IMG/VR virus record: IMGVR_UViG_3300030095_002559
Coordinates: 1 to 26,800 of that record
Origin: a virus
Lineage: Duplodnaviria; Caudoviricetes
Direction: 5' to 3' (one strand)
DNA length: 26,800 nt
The notes under the pieces: generated by a model
What the model saw: the letters and a program-made list of their open reading frames with translations, nothing else
Databases searched by the model: none
Told to the model about the DNA's origin: nothing
In this document: positions 18,187 through 26,450 of the stretch, in pieces
Numbering within the stretch: the stretch's first letter is position 1
Layout of the letters: the number at the start of each line of letters is the position of its first letter
Translations under genes and position numbers: made by a program

Positions 18187-18239
18187 ATATCTTTATAATT
18201 AAAGATATATCATATTGGTTTTATAAGTCAAAGATATAT
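18185..18239 (-). promoter_or_regulatory. Promoter/operator region of the oxygenase cassette
   Basis: TTGACT (18231-18226), 18 nt, TATCTT; perfect inverted repeat ATATATCTTTA/TAAAGATATAT (18185-18210); a third half-site AAAGATATAT at 18230-18239. Confidence 0.55.
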
Positions 18240-18733
18240 TAGGCTAGTACCCAAGCAGATCCATTCCAATTGTAAAGGGTAAGGTCTCCTGCAAATGTTG
18301 CTTTTTGCCCCTGCCAACCTAGTACTTTTGTAACATCTTCTTGGTGAACACGCTCGTTCCAAGTTATATCCCAAAGAACTTGATTTCCCTCATGTTCATA
18401 TGTTGTTATACTTGGTTTTGCAATCGGTGCTTCCCACTGATAAGTAGTTTCATTTAAAAGCCAACTATCGAATCTTTTAATTGGAAGAAAAACATCTAGC
18501 GCTTGATCGTATCTTCCACCAACAGTTGCAAAATTTCCTCTAAAAGGTGTACCACCTAATAAATGTTTGTTTTCAGAAGTATTGTATGAAGTCTGTTTCC
18601 AAATACTATCATCTTTAGGATACAGTTTTTTAATAAATTGAAGACCAGCTTCTTCTGTAGGAGCATCATTATTATGAACAATAATTACTTCTTCAACTAT
18701 GTTTCCTTTTCCTAATTTTGCAAAATGTGCCAT
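18239..18733 (-). CDS. Tail-fibre-associated protein (MAHFAKL-type), possible fibre chaperone/tip
   Basis: MAHFAKL...WKQTSYNT...GGTPFRGNFA...SWLLNETTYQWEAP; immediately follows the Gly-rich fibre gene. Confidence 0.6.
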   Translation of the reverse strand: MAHFAKLGKGNIVEEVIIVHNNDAPTEEAGLQFIKKLYPKDDSIWKQTSYNTSENKHLLGGTPFRGNFATVGGRYDQALDVFLPIKRFDSWLLNETTYQWEAPIAKPSITTYEHEGNQVLWDITWNERVHQEDVTKVLGWQGQKATFAGDLTLYNWNGSAWVLA

Positions 18734-18749
18734 ATTTTATCTCCTATGC
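18728..18749. repeat. 22-bp direct repeat, copy 1
   Basis: TGCCATATTTTATCTCCTATGC, identical to 21003-21024. Confidence 0.9.
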
Positions 18750-21008
18750 TACGTATGTACCGCTAGCTGTAAATTGTAATACTGTATCAGTACCAACCAC
18801 TGAAACCGTAGGTGATCCTGTTATTGTGCCTGAATAGTTTGATGTTGGTATTCTTAAAATTACAATACCGCTTCCTCCAGGTCCTGCATTGTTTGCACTA
18901 GCACCGCCACCGCCACCAGTGTTTGCTGTGCCCGCAGGTTCATTGTTTCCTGTAGAGCCGCCACCGCCTCCGCCGGCACCTCCGGGTCCTCCACCTGCCG
19001 GTCCGCTTTGGCCACCGCCTCCGCCACCACCAGCTAGTGTTACTGAAGAACCTGTTATAGCTGTAGCTTGACCGTCTCCTCCAGGATTAGCAGAACCGTT
19101 TTGAACTCCGTTTCCTCCAACCTGAGTAGCTCCGCCACCAGATCCTCCTGATCGGTTACTTCCACCGCTTGAACCAGCTCCACCGTCATTTCCTTGACCA
19201 GCAGTTCCAGCTCCACCAGGGATGACAGGTCCTCCGCCACCTTCTTGAGCAGAAACTCCTCCACCGCCAGATCCACCAGCAGATGTAGCTGTGTTACTAT
19301 TATTATAATTACCTCTACCACCACCAATTGATGTGATTGTAGTGACTCCTGGTCCAGCTATTGAACTGTCCGAACCGTTAGAATTTTTGCTACCCCCAGC
19401 TCCTACTGTAATCGTGTAAGTTGCACCAGGTGTTAAAGTTATGGCAGATTCTCCTGAAGCACTACCACCAGTAGGTTCACTAGCGAAAGCCGCTCTGTAC
19501 CCACCTGCGCCTCCGCCTCCGCCACCGTACGGAACTAGAGGTGTTCTACCACCACCGCCACCAGCTACAACAACCCAATTAGATGTGTAAGGTGCAGAGA
19601 TGTTAAAACCACCAGAGTTTGCGTCTGCTGTTGAGTTAGCAGATGCAGTTAATACATATCCTTTTGTACTGTCTGAATAAACAATTTCAATTGCTTGTCT
19701 GTTTTGCATTGCATAGTGTGTTACATCATCTAATCCTTCAAACTTATTTCCGTTAGGATCTATTAAAAAGTTATTACTATTCCATGTCTGTGCATAATCT
19801 TTGAATATGAAACTATTTCCGATACTAGGAGATGCTGGTAATGTTGCTGTTATTGCACCACCAGTTGTATTTACGAAATAACCTTCTCCCGCTGCTGCGT
19901 TAAAGTTAGCTGTTTTTACCGCTTGCCAAGAGGTTCCGCCTGATACTTCAGCAAATGATAATTGTCCAACACCTGTTGTTCCAGATCCTGATACTGAATC
20001 TACTTTTAAAAATCTATCTGCTGTAACATTTCCAGTGGGAAATTTAAGTGTGTAGCTCTGATTAGCTGAGTGTGCGGGACTTTGAAGTTTAATACCATGA
20101 GAGTTGGCTTCACAATTAAGAACAAGAGTACCTGGATTTGTATTACCACCAACAACTACTTTACCAGTTCCATTAGGTGTAGCTGTAATATCACCATTAG
20201 CACCGTCTGTAATTGTAATGTTACCAGAGTTTGATCCAGAGTTTGTATCTAAAACTAAATCATATGCACCGCTAGAAGTTACAGTCGCTGCTGCAGCTCC
20301 TGTACCAACTTTAGTTTCACCCGTTCCTTTTGGAATTAAAGCAAGATCGATATTAGAATCATCTCCAGTTGCAGATATGCTAGGTGCATTACCTGTTGCT
20401 GCGTTCGTAACATCTATTTGGTTTACTGCAGATGAAGTTGTTTGAAATATAATTTGTTCGTTTCCGTTTTCATCTGTAATGCCGTGAGCATCATCAAATG
20501 AAATATTAAAACTATTAGTATCTAGATTTCCACCTAGTTGTGGTGTTGTATCATCAACAACATCTGAACCTGTTGAGATTTCTAAAATTTTAGGATTTGT
20601 AGTATCTGGATTACCAGAAGCAAAAACTATTTTTGTTCCTTTATCTGTAGCTGAAAAAGTAAAACTATCTCCAGATCCTGTAGCATATTTAAATTGTACA
20701 GTGTAAGCACCTGAAGTTGAATTTTTTAAGAAGTAAAGGTTTTGAACGTCATTTGGAATTGTAACGATTTGATTACCTGTAATTGTACCTGTAAACTCAA
20801 TCATTCTGTGTGCAAGCTCTGCACCTGTTCCACCATCTGTAACTGCTAAAGCAGTTGTCTGTGCACTACCTGCAATAGATTTTTGTATAAATCCACCAGA
20901 TATTTGTTCTAAAATTTCTAAATTAGTATTTGTTTTTGTCCCCCAAGTTCCCGCATTTTCACCGGTAGCTTGAATTTCTATACCTAAAGGTGTGTATGTT
21001 GATGCCAT
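18744..21008 (-). CDS. Tail fibre / receptor-binding protein with C-terminal glycine-rich domain
   Basis: N-terminal ATGENAGTWGTKTNTNL anchor, DTTPQLGGNLD, repeated P[KN]GTG turns, C-terminal VVAGGGGG...GTANTGGGGG...GGSGIVILR...FTASGT. Confidence 0.82.
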   Translation of the reverse strand: MASTYTPLGIEIQATGENAGTWGTKTNTNLEILEQISGGFIQKSIAGSAQTTALAVTDGGTGAELAHRMIEFTGTITGNQIVTIPNDVQNLYFLKNSTSGAYTVQFKYATGSGDSFTFSATDKGTKIVFASGNPDTTNPKILEISTGSDVVDDTTPQLGGNLDTNSFNISFDDAHGITDENGNEQIIFQTTSSAVNQIDVTNAATGNAPSISATGDDSNIDLALIPKGTGETKVGTGAAAATVTSSGAYDLVLDTNSGSNSGNITITDGANGDITATPNGTGKVVVGGNTNPGTLVLNCEANSHGIKLQSPAHSANQSYTLKFPTGNVTADRFLKVDSVSGSGTTGVGQLSFAEVSGGTSWQAVKTANFNAAAGEGYFVNTTGGAITATLPASPSIGNSFIFKDYAQTWNSNNFLIDPNGNKFEGLDDVTHYAMQNRQAIEIVYSDSTKGYVLTASANSTADANSGGFNISAPYTSNWVVVAGGGGGRTPLVPYGGGGGGAGGYRAAFASEPTGGSASGESAITLTPGATYTITVGAGGSKNSNGSDSSIAGPGVTTITSIGGGRGNYNNSNTATSAGGSGGGGVSAQEGGGGPVIPGGAGTAGQGNDGGAGSSGGSNRSGGSGGGATQVGGNGVQNGSANPGGDGQATAITGSSVTLAGGGGGGGQSGPAGGGPGGAGGGGGGSTGNNEPAGTANTGGGGGASANNAGPGGSGIVILRIPTSNYSGTITGSPTVSVVGTDTVLQFTASGTYVA

Positions 21009-21024
21009 ATTTTATCTCCTATGC
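21003..21024. repeat. 22-bp direct repeat, copy 2
   Basis: TGCCATATTTTATCTCCTATGC, identical to 18728-18749. Confidence 0.9.
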
Positions 21025-22170
21025 AGCGTCACTATAACTTGTATTTGAGCCAGTTGCAACATCTGTATACGATGAATTTGAACCAGTGTCAACGGCTGAA
21101 TATGCTTGAATTCCGAATCCTTTAGCAGTTCCAAATGTAGCCAAATTTGACGTCATTGATAATCCAGTTATATCTGGAGTTGTGGCTGATGAAACTGTAA
21201 GTCCTGTACCAACACTAGAAGTAGCAGATTGTCCTGTGATTCCCATTACATCAGCAGGAGCTAATGTTCCTTGTGATGATGTTATTGATTGACCTGAAGG
21301 TATAACTATAGGATTTGAATTTACAAATATTTCACCTAAACTTATTGCAGAAGATAATCCAGAAACTCCCATTACATCTGCAGGAGATACAGAGCCAACA
21401 GAAGATGTAGCAGCTCGACCTGTAACACCTTGTATAATTCCTTCAGGATCTATTGCTCCCGATGAAACAGTTGCAGATTGACCAGTTGGAAGAACTGTAA
21501 CATTACCAATTACTGTAGGTGATCCAACACTAGGTGTTGCAGCGACTCCTGTAACTCCCATTACATCTGCAGGAGATAATGCACCTACAGAAGATGTGGA
21601 TGATTGGCCTGATAAAATTATTGCGAAATCATTTGCTTGACCATATAGTTCTTCACCCCAACCATCACGGCCCCAACCTACTTCGTTGTATGCTTCTATG
21701 TCTGTACCAAGAGAAACTGTTACTGATAAACCTGTTAGTGAAACAGAAAGTGCACTTTCACCCCAGTTTTCAAATCCCCAAGTATCTCTACCCCAACCTT
21801 CAGCATTAAAAGATTCTACTGAACCAAGTGATGATGTTAGTGATTGTCCAGAAAGAGTTACTGGGGTGTTAGGTGTAGCTGTTGCATCGCCTAATGATGA
21901 AGTTGATGATTGACCAGTTAAAGAAACTTCTAATAGTTCTCCTGGTGTTATTGTTCCAAAAGATGTTGATGCAGAAAGTCCACCAAGTTCTTGAGAAAAT
22001 GCAACGCCCCATCCAGAGTTATTCCAAGCTTGTCTACCCCATCCAGCTTGGTTAAAACCGTCTGCTTGACCTGGTGAAGATGTTACGGAAAAGCCAGTTA
22101 CACTTATTGAAACAGTGTCTGACTGCCATGTATTAGCACCCCAAGTGTTATTACCCCAGGTAGAAGCCAT
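21019..22170 (-). CDS. Ser/Thr/Gly-rich virion protein with WG and ADVMG repeats
   Basis: 383 aa; three GWGRxxW blocks, three PADVMG[VI][TS]G repeats and periodic [TS]GxSxTSSxG units. Confidence 0.7.
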   Translation of the reverse strand: MASTWGNNTWGANTWQSDTVSISVTGFSVTSSPGQADGFNQAGWGRQAWNNSGWGVAFSQELGGLSASTSFGTITPGELLEVSLTGQSSTSSLGDATATPNTPVTLSGQSLTSSLGSVESFNAEGWGRDTWGFENWGESALSVSLTGLSVTVSLGTDIEAYNEVGWGRDGWGEELYGQANDFAIILSGQSSTSSVGALSPADVMGVTGVAATPSVGSPTVIGNVTVLPTGQSATVSSGAIDPEGIIQGVTGRAATSSVGSVSPADVMGVSGLSSAISLGEIFVNSNPIVIPSGQSITSSQGTLAPADVMGITGQSATSSVGTGLTVSSATTPDITGLSMTSNLATFGTAKGFGIQAYSAVDTGSNSSYTDVATGSNTSYSDAA

Positions 22171-22183
22171 AAGGTTGGCTCCT

Positions 22184-22615
22184 TTACGCTATTCTGATGA
22201 TTGCGTTTGATGCGTCTGCTGCTGGAAATTGAATTGTAAAAGTTCCGCTTGTTACAGTTTTGTCTGAACCAAAGTCGATTGCACAAACTGCTGGATCACC
22301 TGATGCTGAATCGTTAAAAATTAAACATCCTCTTGCTGTAAAAGAAGCAGATGTAAAGCTTGTGTCAGCAAAATCACAAACTGCTGTGTCTGTTGATAAA
22401 ACTGGAGTTACACTCGTAAGCGCGTTTCCTTTTGCAGTATAACCAGATCCAGAAACTTCGTTAGAAGTTGTATATGCAGTTGTAGATTTATTTAACGTTG
22501 CAGAACTTGTGTACAAAGCTAAATTAAAAGTGTCTCCAGATGATGCAGTAAAATTATGCGTCCCTGTTAATATTTCAGTTTTGAAACTATTACAAATTGC
22601 CGATGTTATTGCCAT
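22184..22615 (-). CDS. Conserved virion structural protein (143 aa)
   Basis: MAITSAICNSFK...LALYTS...GYTAKG...DFGSDKT...FTIQFP; strong SD; in the tail region. Confidence 0.7.
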   Translation of the reverse strand: MAITSAICNSFKTEILTGTHNFTASSGDTFNLALYTSSATLNKSTTAYTTSNEVSGSGYTAKGNALTSVTPVLSTDTAVCDFADTSFTSASFTARGCLIFNDSASGDPAVCAIDFGSDKTVTSGTFTIQFPAADASNAIIRIA

Positions 22616-22625
22616 AATTAATCTC

Positions 22626-23330
22626 CTACGGGTTTACTGAGTTTACCGGTATTCGAACAGTGCCATCTGTGTAGTCATCTCTTCGTCTTCTACCGACTTG
22701 CTCGTTAGCAAACTTTTGTACCTCTTGTTTATATTTATTTTCATATAATGTCAACATATCTATTGGACCTTTTAAAAAGCCGTATGCCTCTGATAAACAG
22801 CAATATAATAGCCCATTTGGAAAATTAAGACTAATATAATTAGTGTCATTATTTTCTAACAATGCAGGGGCTGCATTAAAATGCACTCTAAATTTATAAG
22901 TTGTATCAGGGACAGGAGCAAACATCATTCTACCAGATGTGGTATCAGATTCTCCTGTGGCACCGCCAAACATAGCATAGTATTTTGGTTGTCCTCTTTT
23001 AGCTGATTCTGTCGATGAAATATATTCTTGAAGATATGTAACATCTTTTTTTTCTAACCAAGTATTAGCTCCAGTCGTAGCTGATGTTGAATCATATACT
23101 TGTATGCCTCTTATGAAAACTGCACCTGCTGGAGCATTAATTGTTTCTTGTCCTGCAACTAAATTACCTGTTTGTTGTTTTCTGTCAGCATCAATTGGAA
23201 CATCTCTAAATATTCTATACTGTGCATTTAAAATAATATTTTCTAAAACACTATCAGATAAAACATTTGAATCTGTTTCTGTATAACTTCTAATTTGTGT
23301 TTTTAATCCTGATGCACTTAACCCTGCCAT
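22626..23330 (-). CDS. Head-tail adaptor / tail tubular A-like protein
   Basis: 234 aa; LKTQIRSYTE...AQYRIFRD...GQPKYYA...APVPDTTY...LLYCCLSEAYGFLK. Confidence 0.6.
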   Translation of the reverse strand: MAGLSASGLKTQIRSYTETDSNVLSDSVLENIILNAQYRIFRDVPIDADRKQQTGNLVAGQETINAPAGAVFIRGIQVYDSTSATTGANTWLEKKDVTYLQEYISSTESAKRGQPKYYAMFGGATGESDTTSGRMMFAPVPDTTYKFRVHFNAAPALLENNDTNYISLNFPNGLLYCCLSEAYGFLKGPIDMLTLYENKYKQEVQKFANEQVGRRRRDDYTDGTVRIPVNSVNP

Positions 23331-23494
23331 TACTGTTCTCCTATTGTATCAGTATCAACTTTATATTTTAATCTTATCTTTTTTTGTTTTGCAGTTTCTT
23401 CATTTTCATAAACAGGTACATCTGCTATAGAATTACATTCACATTGTTTAATGCCAAATAATTTACAAACAAAATTTTTTAATTTTTTTATCAT
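23330..23494 (-). CDS. Small hypothetical protein (54 aa, not in track)
   Basis: MIKKLKNFVCKLFGIKQCECNSIADVPVYENEETAKQKKIRLKYKVDTDTIGEQ; ATGA and TAATG overlaps with neighbours. Confidence 0.65.
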   Translation of the reverse strand: MIKKLKNFVCKLFGIKQCECNSIADVPVYENEETAKQKKIRLKYKVDTDTIGEQ

Positions 23495-23988
23495 GGTGTT
23501 ATTGTAACTGGTCCTGCAGACACAGTTGGTCCTCCTCCTTCTTCTGTTATACTAGGAGTTGCACCTAGTGTAAATGTATATTTATCTGTTGTAGTCACTG
23601 TTATACTAAAACCTGAAGAATTTTCATACGTTGAAAAAGCTACACCTCCAGGGCTACCTTGAACATTTCTAAATCTCACTGTATCTCCTGAAGTTCTTCC
23701 GTGATTAGGTTCTGTTACTGTAATAGTTTGTGAAGACGCAGTTATAGAAAAAGGATTATTACCTAACATAGCAGCAACAGCTGGTTCTATTCTTCCTGGT
23801 CTTACATGTCTCAAAGATATAGAATCACCATTCATAGGTTTTGGTTCTAATTGTGGTTGCTTTGGTTCAAACTCAGATACATGAACAAAAGCACCGTTCC
23901 ATTCTCTAACCATTTCTTTGTATGGAAACTCCATACCAGATCTATCTGATATTGCTTTTGCGTATTTACCTGTTGCGTACTTTGCCAT
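23491..23988 (-). CDS. Virion-region protein: conserved N-terminal domain plus small beta-domain
   Basis: AISDRSG...EWNG...EFEPKQPQL followed by NPFSITASSQTITVTEPNHGRTSGDTVRF. Confidence 0.7.
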   Translation of the reverse strand: MAKYATGKYAKAISDRSGMEFPYKEMVREWNGAFVHVSEFEPKQPQLEPKPMNGDSISLRHVRPGRIEPAVAAMLGNNPFSITASSQTITVTEPNHGRTSGDTVRFRNVQGSPGGVAFSTYENSSGFSITVTTTDKYTFTLGATPSITEEGGGPTVSAGPVTITP

Positions 23989-24197
23989 TATTTTCTACCT
24001 TTTGTAAATATTTTATAAGACTTTTTTACAGCGTCTTCATCTAAAGGTTTATTTTTATATTTATCTAAAAGTTTTTTATGTTTTTTCACAGCTTCTTTAA
24101 ATTCAAGACCTGGTCCTTCTTTTAACATTTTTTTTCTAATTGGAGAAAGAGCTTTTGCTCCCTTAACTAACATACCTGCAAAAAATTTTTTTCTCAT
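23988..24197 (-). CDS. Small Lys-rich hypothetical protein
   Basis: 69 aa, highly basic, TAATG-coupled on both sides. Confidence 0.65.
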   Translation of the reverse strand: MRKKFFAGMLVKGAKALSPIRKKMLKEGPGLEFKEAVKKHKKLLDKYKNKPLDEDAVKKSYKIFTKGRK

Positions 24198-24400
24198 TAA
24201 TCTAAATAACCTTTCAAGTAACTTAAATCTTTAGGTATTTTTTTCTTTTTTAAACCAATAAATCCTTTTTTCTTCATATCTTTTTTTGCTTGAGCAATAC
24301 CTTGTCTAACATTAGGATCTGTTTCCATATCTCCTTTAGTTTTTAAAGTATTTGCTCTTCCTTTTAATATTTTTCCCATTCCTTTAGTTATAATAGTCAT
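24197..24400 (-). CDS. Small Lys-rich hypothetical protein
   Basis: 67 aa, highly basic, TAATG-coupled on both sides. Confidence 0.65.
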   Translation of the reverse strand: MTIITKGMGKILKGRANTLKTKGDMETDPNVRQGIAQAKKDMKKKGFIGLKKKKIPKDLSYLKGYLD

Positions 24401-25149
24401 TATGATCCTGGGTAATATGCTTTAGGAGTAATGTGCGTGCTAGATGCAGAACCATCTTCTGCTAATGCTCTTGCAAACTCATCCTCATAAACTAGTTTTG
24501 TTTGTTGAATTAAATTTGGTTGATACTTCATGGATAGATAATATGCTAATCCTGATACCATACAAGGCACAAATCTAAATGGTATATCAGTTGCATTTGT
24601 GTAATCACCTACATCTTGTATTCTTTTTATGTAATAAAAATGCATGTCTTTTGATGCATTAGAAGAATCAGGTGTTGGGTAAATATGCACTCTAACTTTA
24701 TCAATAAATCTCTCTACCCAATATTGATTAGGTGTGCCTTTAGATAGTTTGTTTGAAAAACCTGCATAAGTAGATCTATCTACTTTAGTCATCGGTGAAT
24801 CTGATTGTGTTGTTTGAGTTCTATTGGATCTTAACTGTGCTTCGAGAACATCGGACATTCCATATATTCCGTTTGGTGTAGAAACAGCGCTTGTACCATC
24901 ACCACTAGATCTAAAGAAATCATACTCTGCTTGTCCTTCGATTAGATCCATATTAAGTTCATCTATTTCCCAATAGTGAATACCTCTATTGCCCCATTCT
25001 TGAAACAATATATTTAAAGTTCTTCTAGCGTTCTTTAGTTGATAACCAGCAACATTTTGCTGACCTATACGTTCAAAAGCTTCTTCTACTATTTCTTCAA
25101 TAGCAAAAGTTTTGTCGAACGTTGCTGTTCCTGAAGTAGTATTAGCCAT
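24400..25149 (-). CDS. Head-tail connector/adaptor protein (P22 gp4 / tubular A-like)
   Basis: 249 aa; EIVEEAFERIG...ARRTLNILFQEWGNRG...KGTPNQYW...YPTPD...VSGLAYYLS. Confidence 0.65.
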   Translation of the reverse strand: MANTTSGTATFDKTFAIEEIVEEAFERIGQQNVAGYQLKNARRTLNILFQEWGNRGIHYWEIDELNMDLIEGQAEYDFFRSSGDGTSAVSTPNGIYGMSDVLEAQLRSNRTQTTQSDSPMTKVDRSTYAGFSNKLSKGTPNQYWVERFIDKVRVHIYPTPDSSNASKDMHFYYIKRIQDVGDYTNATDIPFRFVPCMVSGLAYYLSMKYQPNLIQQTKLVYEDEFARALAEDGSASSTHITPKAYYPGS

Positions 25150-25157
25150 TTAAACTC

Positions 25158-25454
25158 CTAGCCAGTGTAGCCAATAGTAACAGATGTAGTATTTGTTATC
25201 GTAGCATGTAAAGTTGTTTCGAATCGAATACCGTTTCCAGGCATATAAATATCTAAACCTTCTGTGCCAAAATCAGCTTCAAACACTTTATTTCCACTGC
25301 CATCACTACTATCTCTTAAAATTAGTTTAGAACTAGCAACTCCCTCACATTGAATGTAAGTAACTCTACATGGACCCATATTAGTTGTTCCACCAGAAAT
25401 AGTTTTAACCTGTCCCGTACTTGTTATTGTAGTAAACTTTTGATCTGAACTCAT
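25158..25454 (-). CDS. Hypothetical virion-region protein (probable start MSSDQKF at 25454)
   Basis: AAGGAG SD precedes ATG 25454; the track start at 25496 lies at the terminator hairpin; YMPGNGIRF motif. Confidence 0.7.
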   Translation of the reverse strand: MSSDQKFTTITSTGQVKTISGGTTNMGPCRVTYIQCEGVASSKLILRDSSDGSGNKVFEADFGTEGLDIYMPGNGIRFETTLHATITNTTSVTIGYTG

Positions 25455-25466
25455 ATTTTTCTCCTT

Positions 25467-25495
25467 AAAATTAAATGTGGGGCCGAAGCCCCACA
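25467..25495 (-). terminator. Rho-independent terminator with cUUCGg tetraloop
   Basis: Minus strand TGTGGGGC-TTCG-GCCCCACA followed by TTTAATTTT, just after the stop of 25507..26061. Confidence 0.85.
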
Positions 25496-25506
25496 CTAAT
25501 TATTTA

Positions 25507-26061
25507 TTACGCTGCAAATGCAAATGCACCTGTAGTAGCGTCTGCTGCGCCACCCATTTTAGATGCAATGTGCCATGTTCCTTTTTCATAACAAATGAAA
25601 GCAATCATGCTTCCTGTTGTGAATAAGTTTGTAGCTGCGTTTGCTGGTGTGAAAACTAATTGTGTTTCACCTGCAGTTGAAATATCAAAATCAACCTCTG
25701 CTGTAGCTCTTGATTCAATTACTGAACCTGTAGCCCAAACATCAGAACCTGCTGCATTAAAAGTTAATGTAGATGTTCCACCAGTTGTGTCTTTTGCTTG
25801 TGCATAAACTACGATAGTTCCTTGCGTTGCCGCAGGTAACGTACAAGCAGCTGCTGCTGCACCTGTGTAGTTTACAATTGATATAGTGTCTGCTGCTAAT
25901 GTTAAACTAGCACCTGTTGCTACATCTGCTTTTGATAAACCAGTTAAGTCAGGCATACCTGAACTCATTCTAGTTGTTATTGCTCCCGTAGTTGCATTTT
26001 TAGTTGCAACTTGGAAACCTTTTTCCGAACGGACTGGTCCGTTAAACGTTGTACTTGCCAT
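25507..26061 (-). CDS. Putative minor capsid/decoration or head-fibre protein (184 aa)
   Basis: MASTTFNGPVRS start; Ala/Thr-rich beta composition; has its own promoter, AGGAGG SD and terminator. Function inferred from position near the capsid gene. Confidence 0.55.
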   Translation of the reverse strand: MASTTFNGPVRSEKGFQVATKNATTGAITTRMSSGMPDLTGLSKADVATGASLTLAADTISIVNYTGAAAAACTLPAATQGTIVVYAQAKDTTGGTSTLTFNAAGSDVWATGSVIESRATAEVDFDISTAGETQLVFTPANAATNLFTTGSMIAFICYEKGTWHIASKMGGAADATTGAFAFAA

Positions 26062-26140
26062 AATTATATCCTCCTAGTTTCCGAACATAGTCTCTAGGCC
26101 GTCGACTATACGCGTCTATGTTCTAATTAATTGTATAGTG
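26062..26140 (-). ncRNA. Candidate cis-regulatory pseudoknotted 5' leader RNA
   Basis: Three perfectly complementary pairs: ACTATAC/GTATAGT, GAACATAG/CTATGTTC and CCTAG/CTAGG, the last overlapping the AGGAGG SD. Confidence 0.6.
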
Positions 26141-26145
26141 ATTAA

Positions 26146-26174
26146 TTTATATAGTAGATTTATGTAAAGCGCAA
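26146..26174 (-). promoter_or_regulatory. Sigma70-like promoter
   Basis: TTGCGC (26174-26169), 17 nt, TATAAA (26151-26146); predicted TSS near 26140-26139. Confidence 0.6.
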
Positions 26175-26222
26175 GAGGGCCTGTAGTGTGGATTGGATTT
26201 TTCCAACGATGTAGCTTTTTTA

Positions 26223-26450
26223 TTAAGTAGCTACAGAAACTTGAGGAGCGGCAGCTTCTATTTTAATCTCTGCATCAGCTTTTTCTGCTTCTGCTAGTTT
26301 GATCTGGCTAATAACCTCTCTGACTTTTCTGTCAATCTTAACCATATCCAGAGTATATTTACCCTGTTTAAGATGCTCCTGCTCCCATTGAAGATCTAGT
26401 CCCTTCTTTTGTGTGTAAAGGGTCTCCAGATGTTGCATTATCGCCTCCAT
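26223..26450 (-). CDS. Small coiled-coil hypothetical protein (start at 26450 or 26438)
   Basis: MEAIMQHLETLYTQKKGLDLQWEQEH...; GAGGAGG precedes 26450 and GGAGG precedes 26438. Confidence 0.7.
   Translation of the reverse strand: MEAIMQHLETLYTQKKGLDLQWEQEHLKQGKYTLDMVKIDRKVREVISQIKLAEAEKADAEIKIEAAAPQVSVAT

Noticed and set aside
18860-19580. GC-rich CCACCGCC-type repeats suggesting collagen, a tandem repeat or foreign DNA
   Set aside because: Explained by Gly codons of the fibre's glycine-rich domain; there is no sustained Gly-X-Y periodicity.
18744-21008. Diversity-generating retroelement or invertase switching of the fibre tip
   Set aside because: No reverse transcriptase, recombinase, template-repeat pair or inverted alternative tip was seen in the window.
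25455-25496. Track N-terminal extensions (25496, also 17617, 2741/2742 and 26465)
   Set aside because: They fall in terminators, promoters or upstream genes; downstream ATGs have better SD or promoter context.
985-26077. Numerous 60-115 aa plus-strand and nested ORFs in the track (e.g. 8037..8345, 12104..12403, 20104..20445)
   Set aside because: They are antisense or off-frame shadows of well-supported genes, mostly with non-ATG starts and no recognisable motifs.
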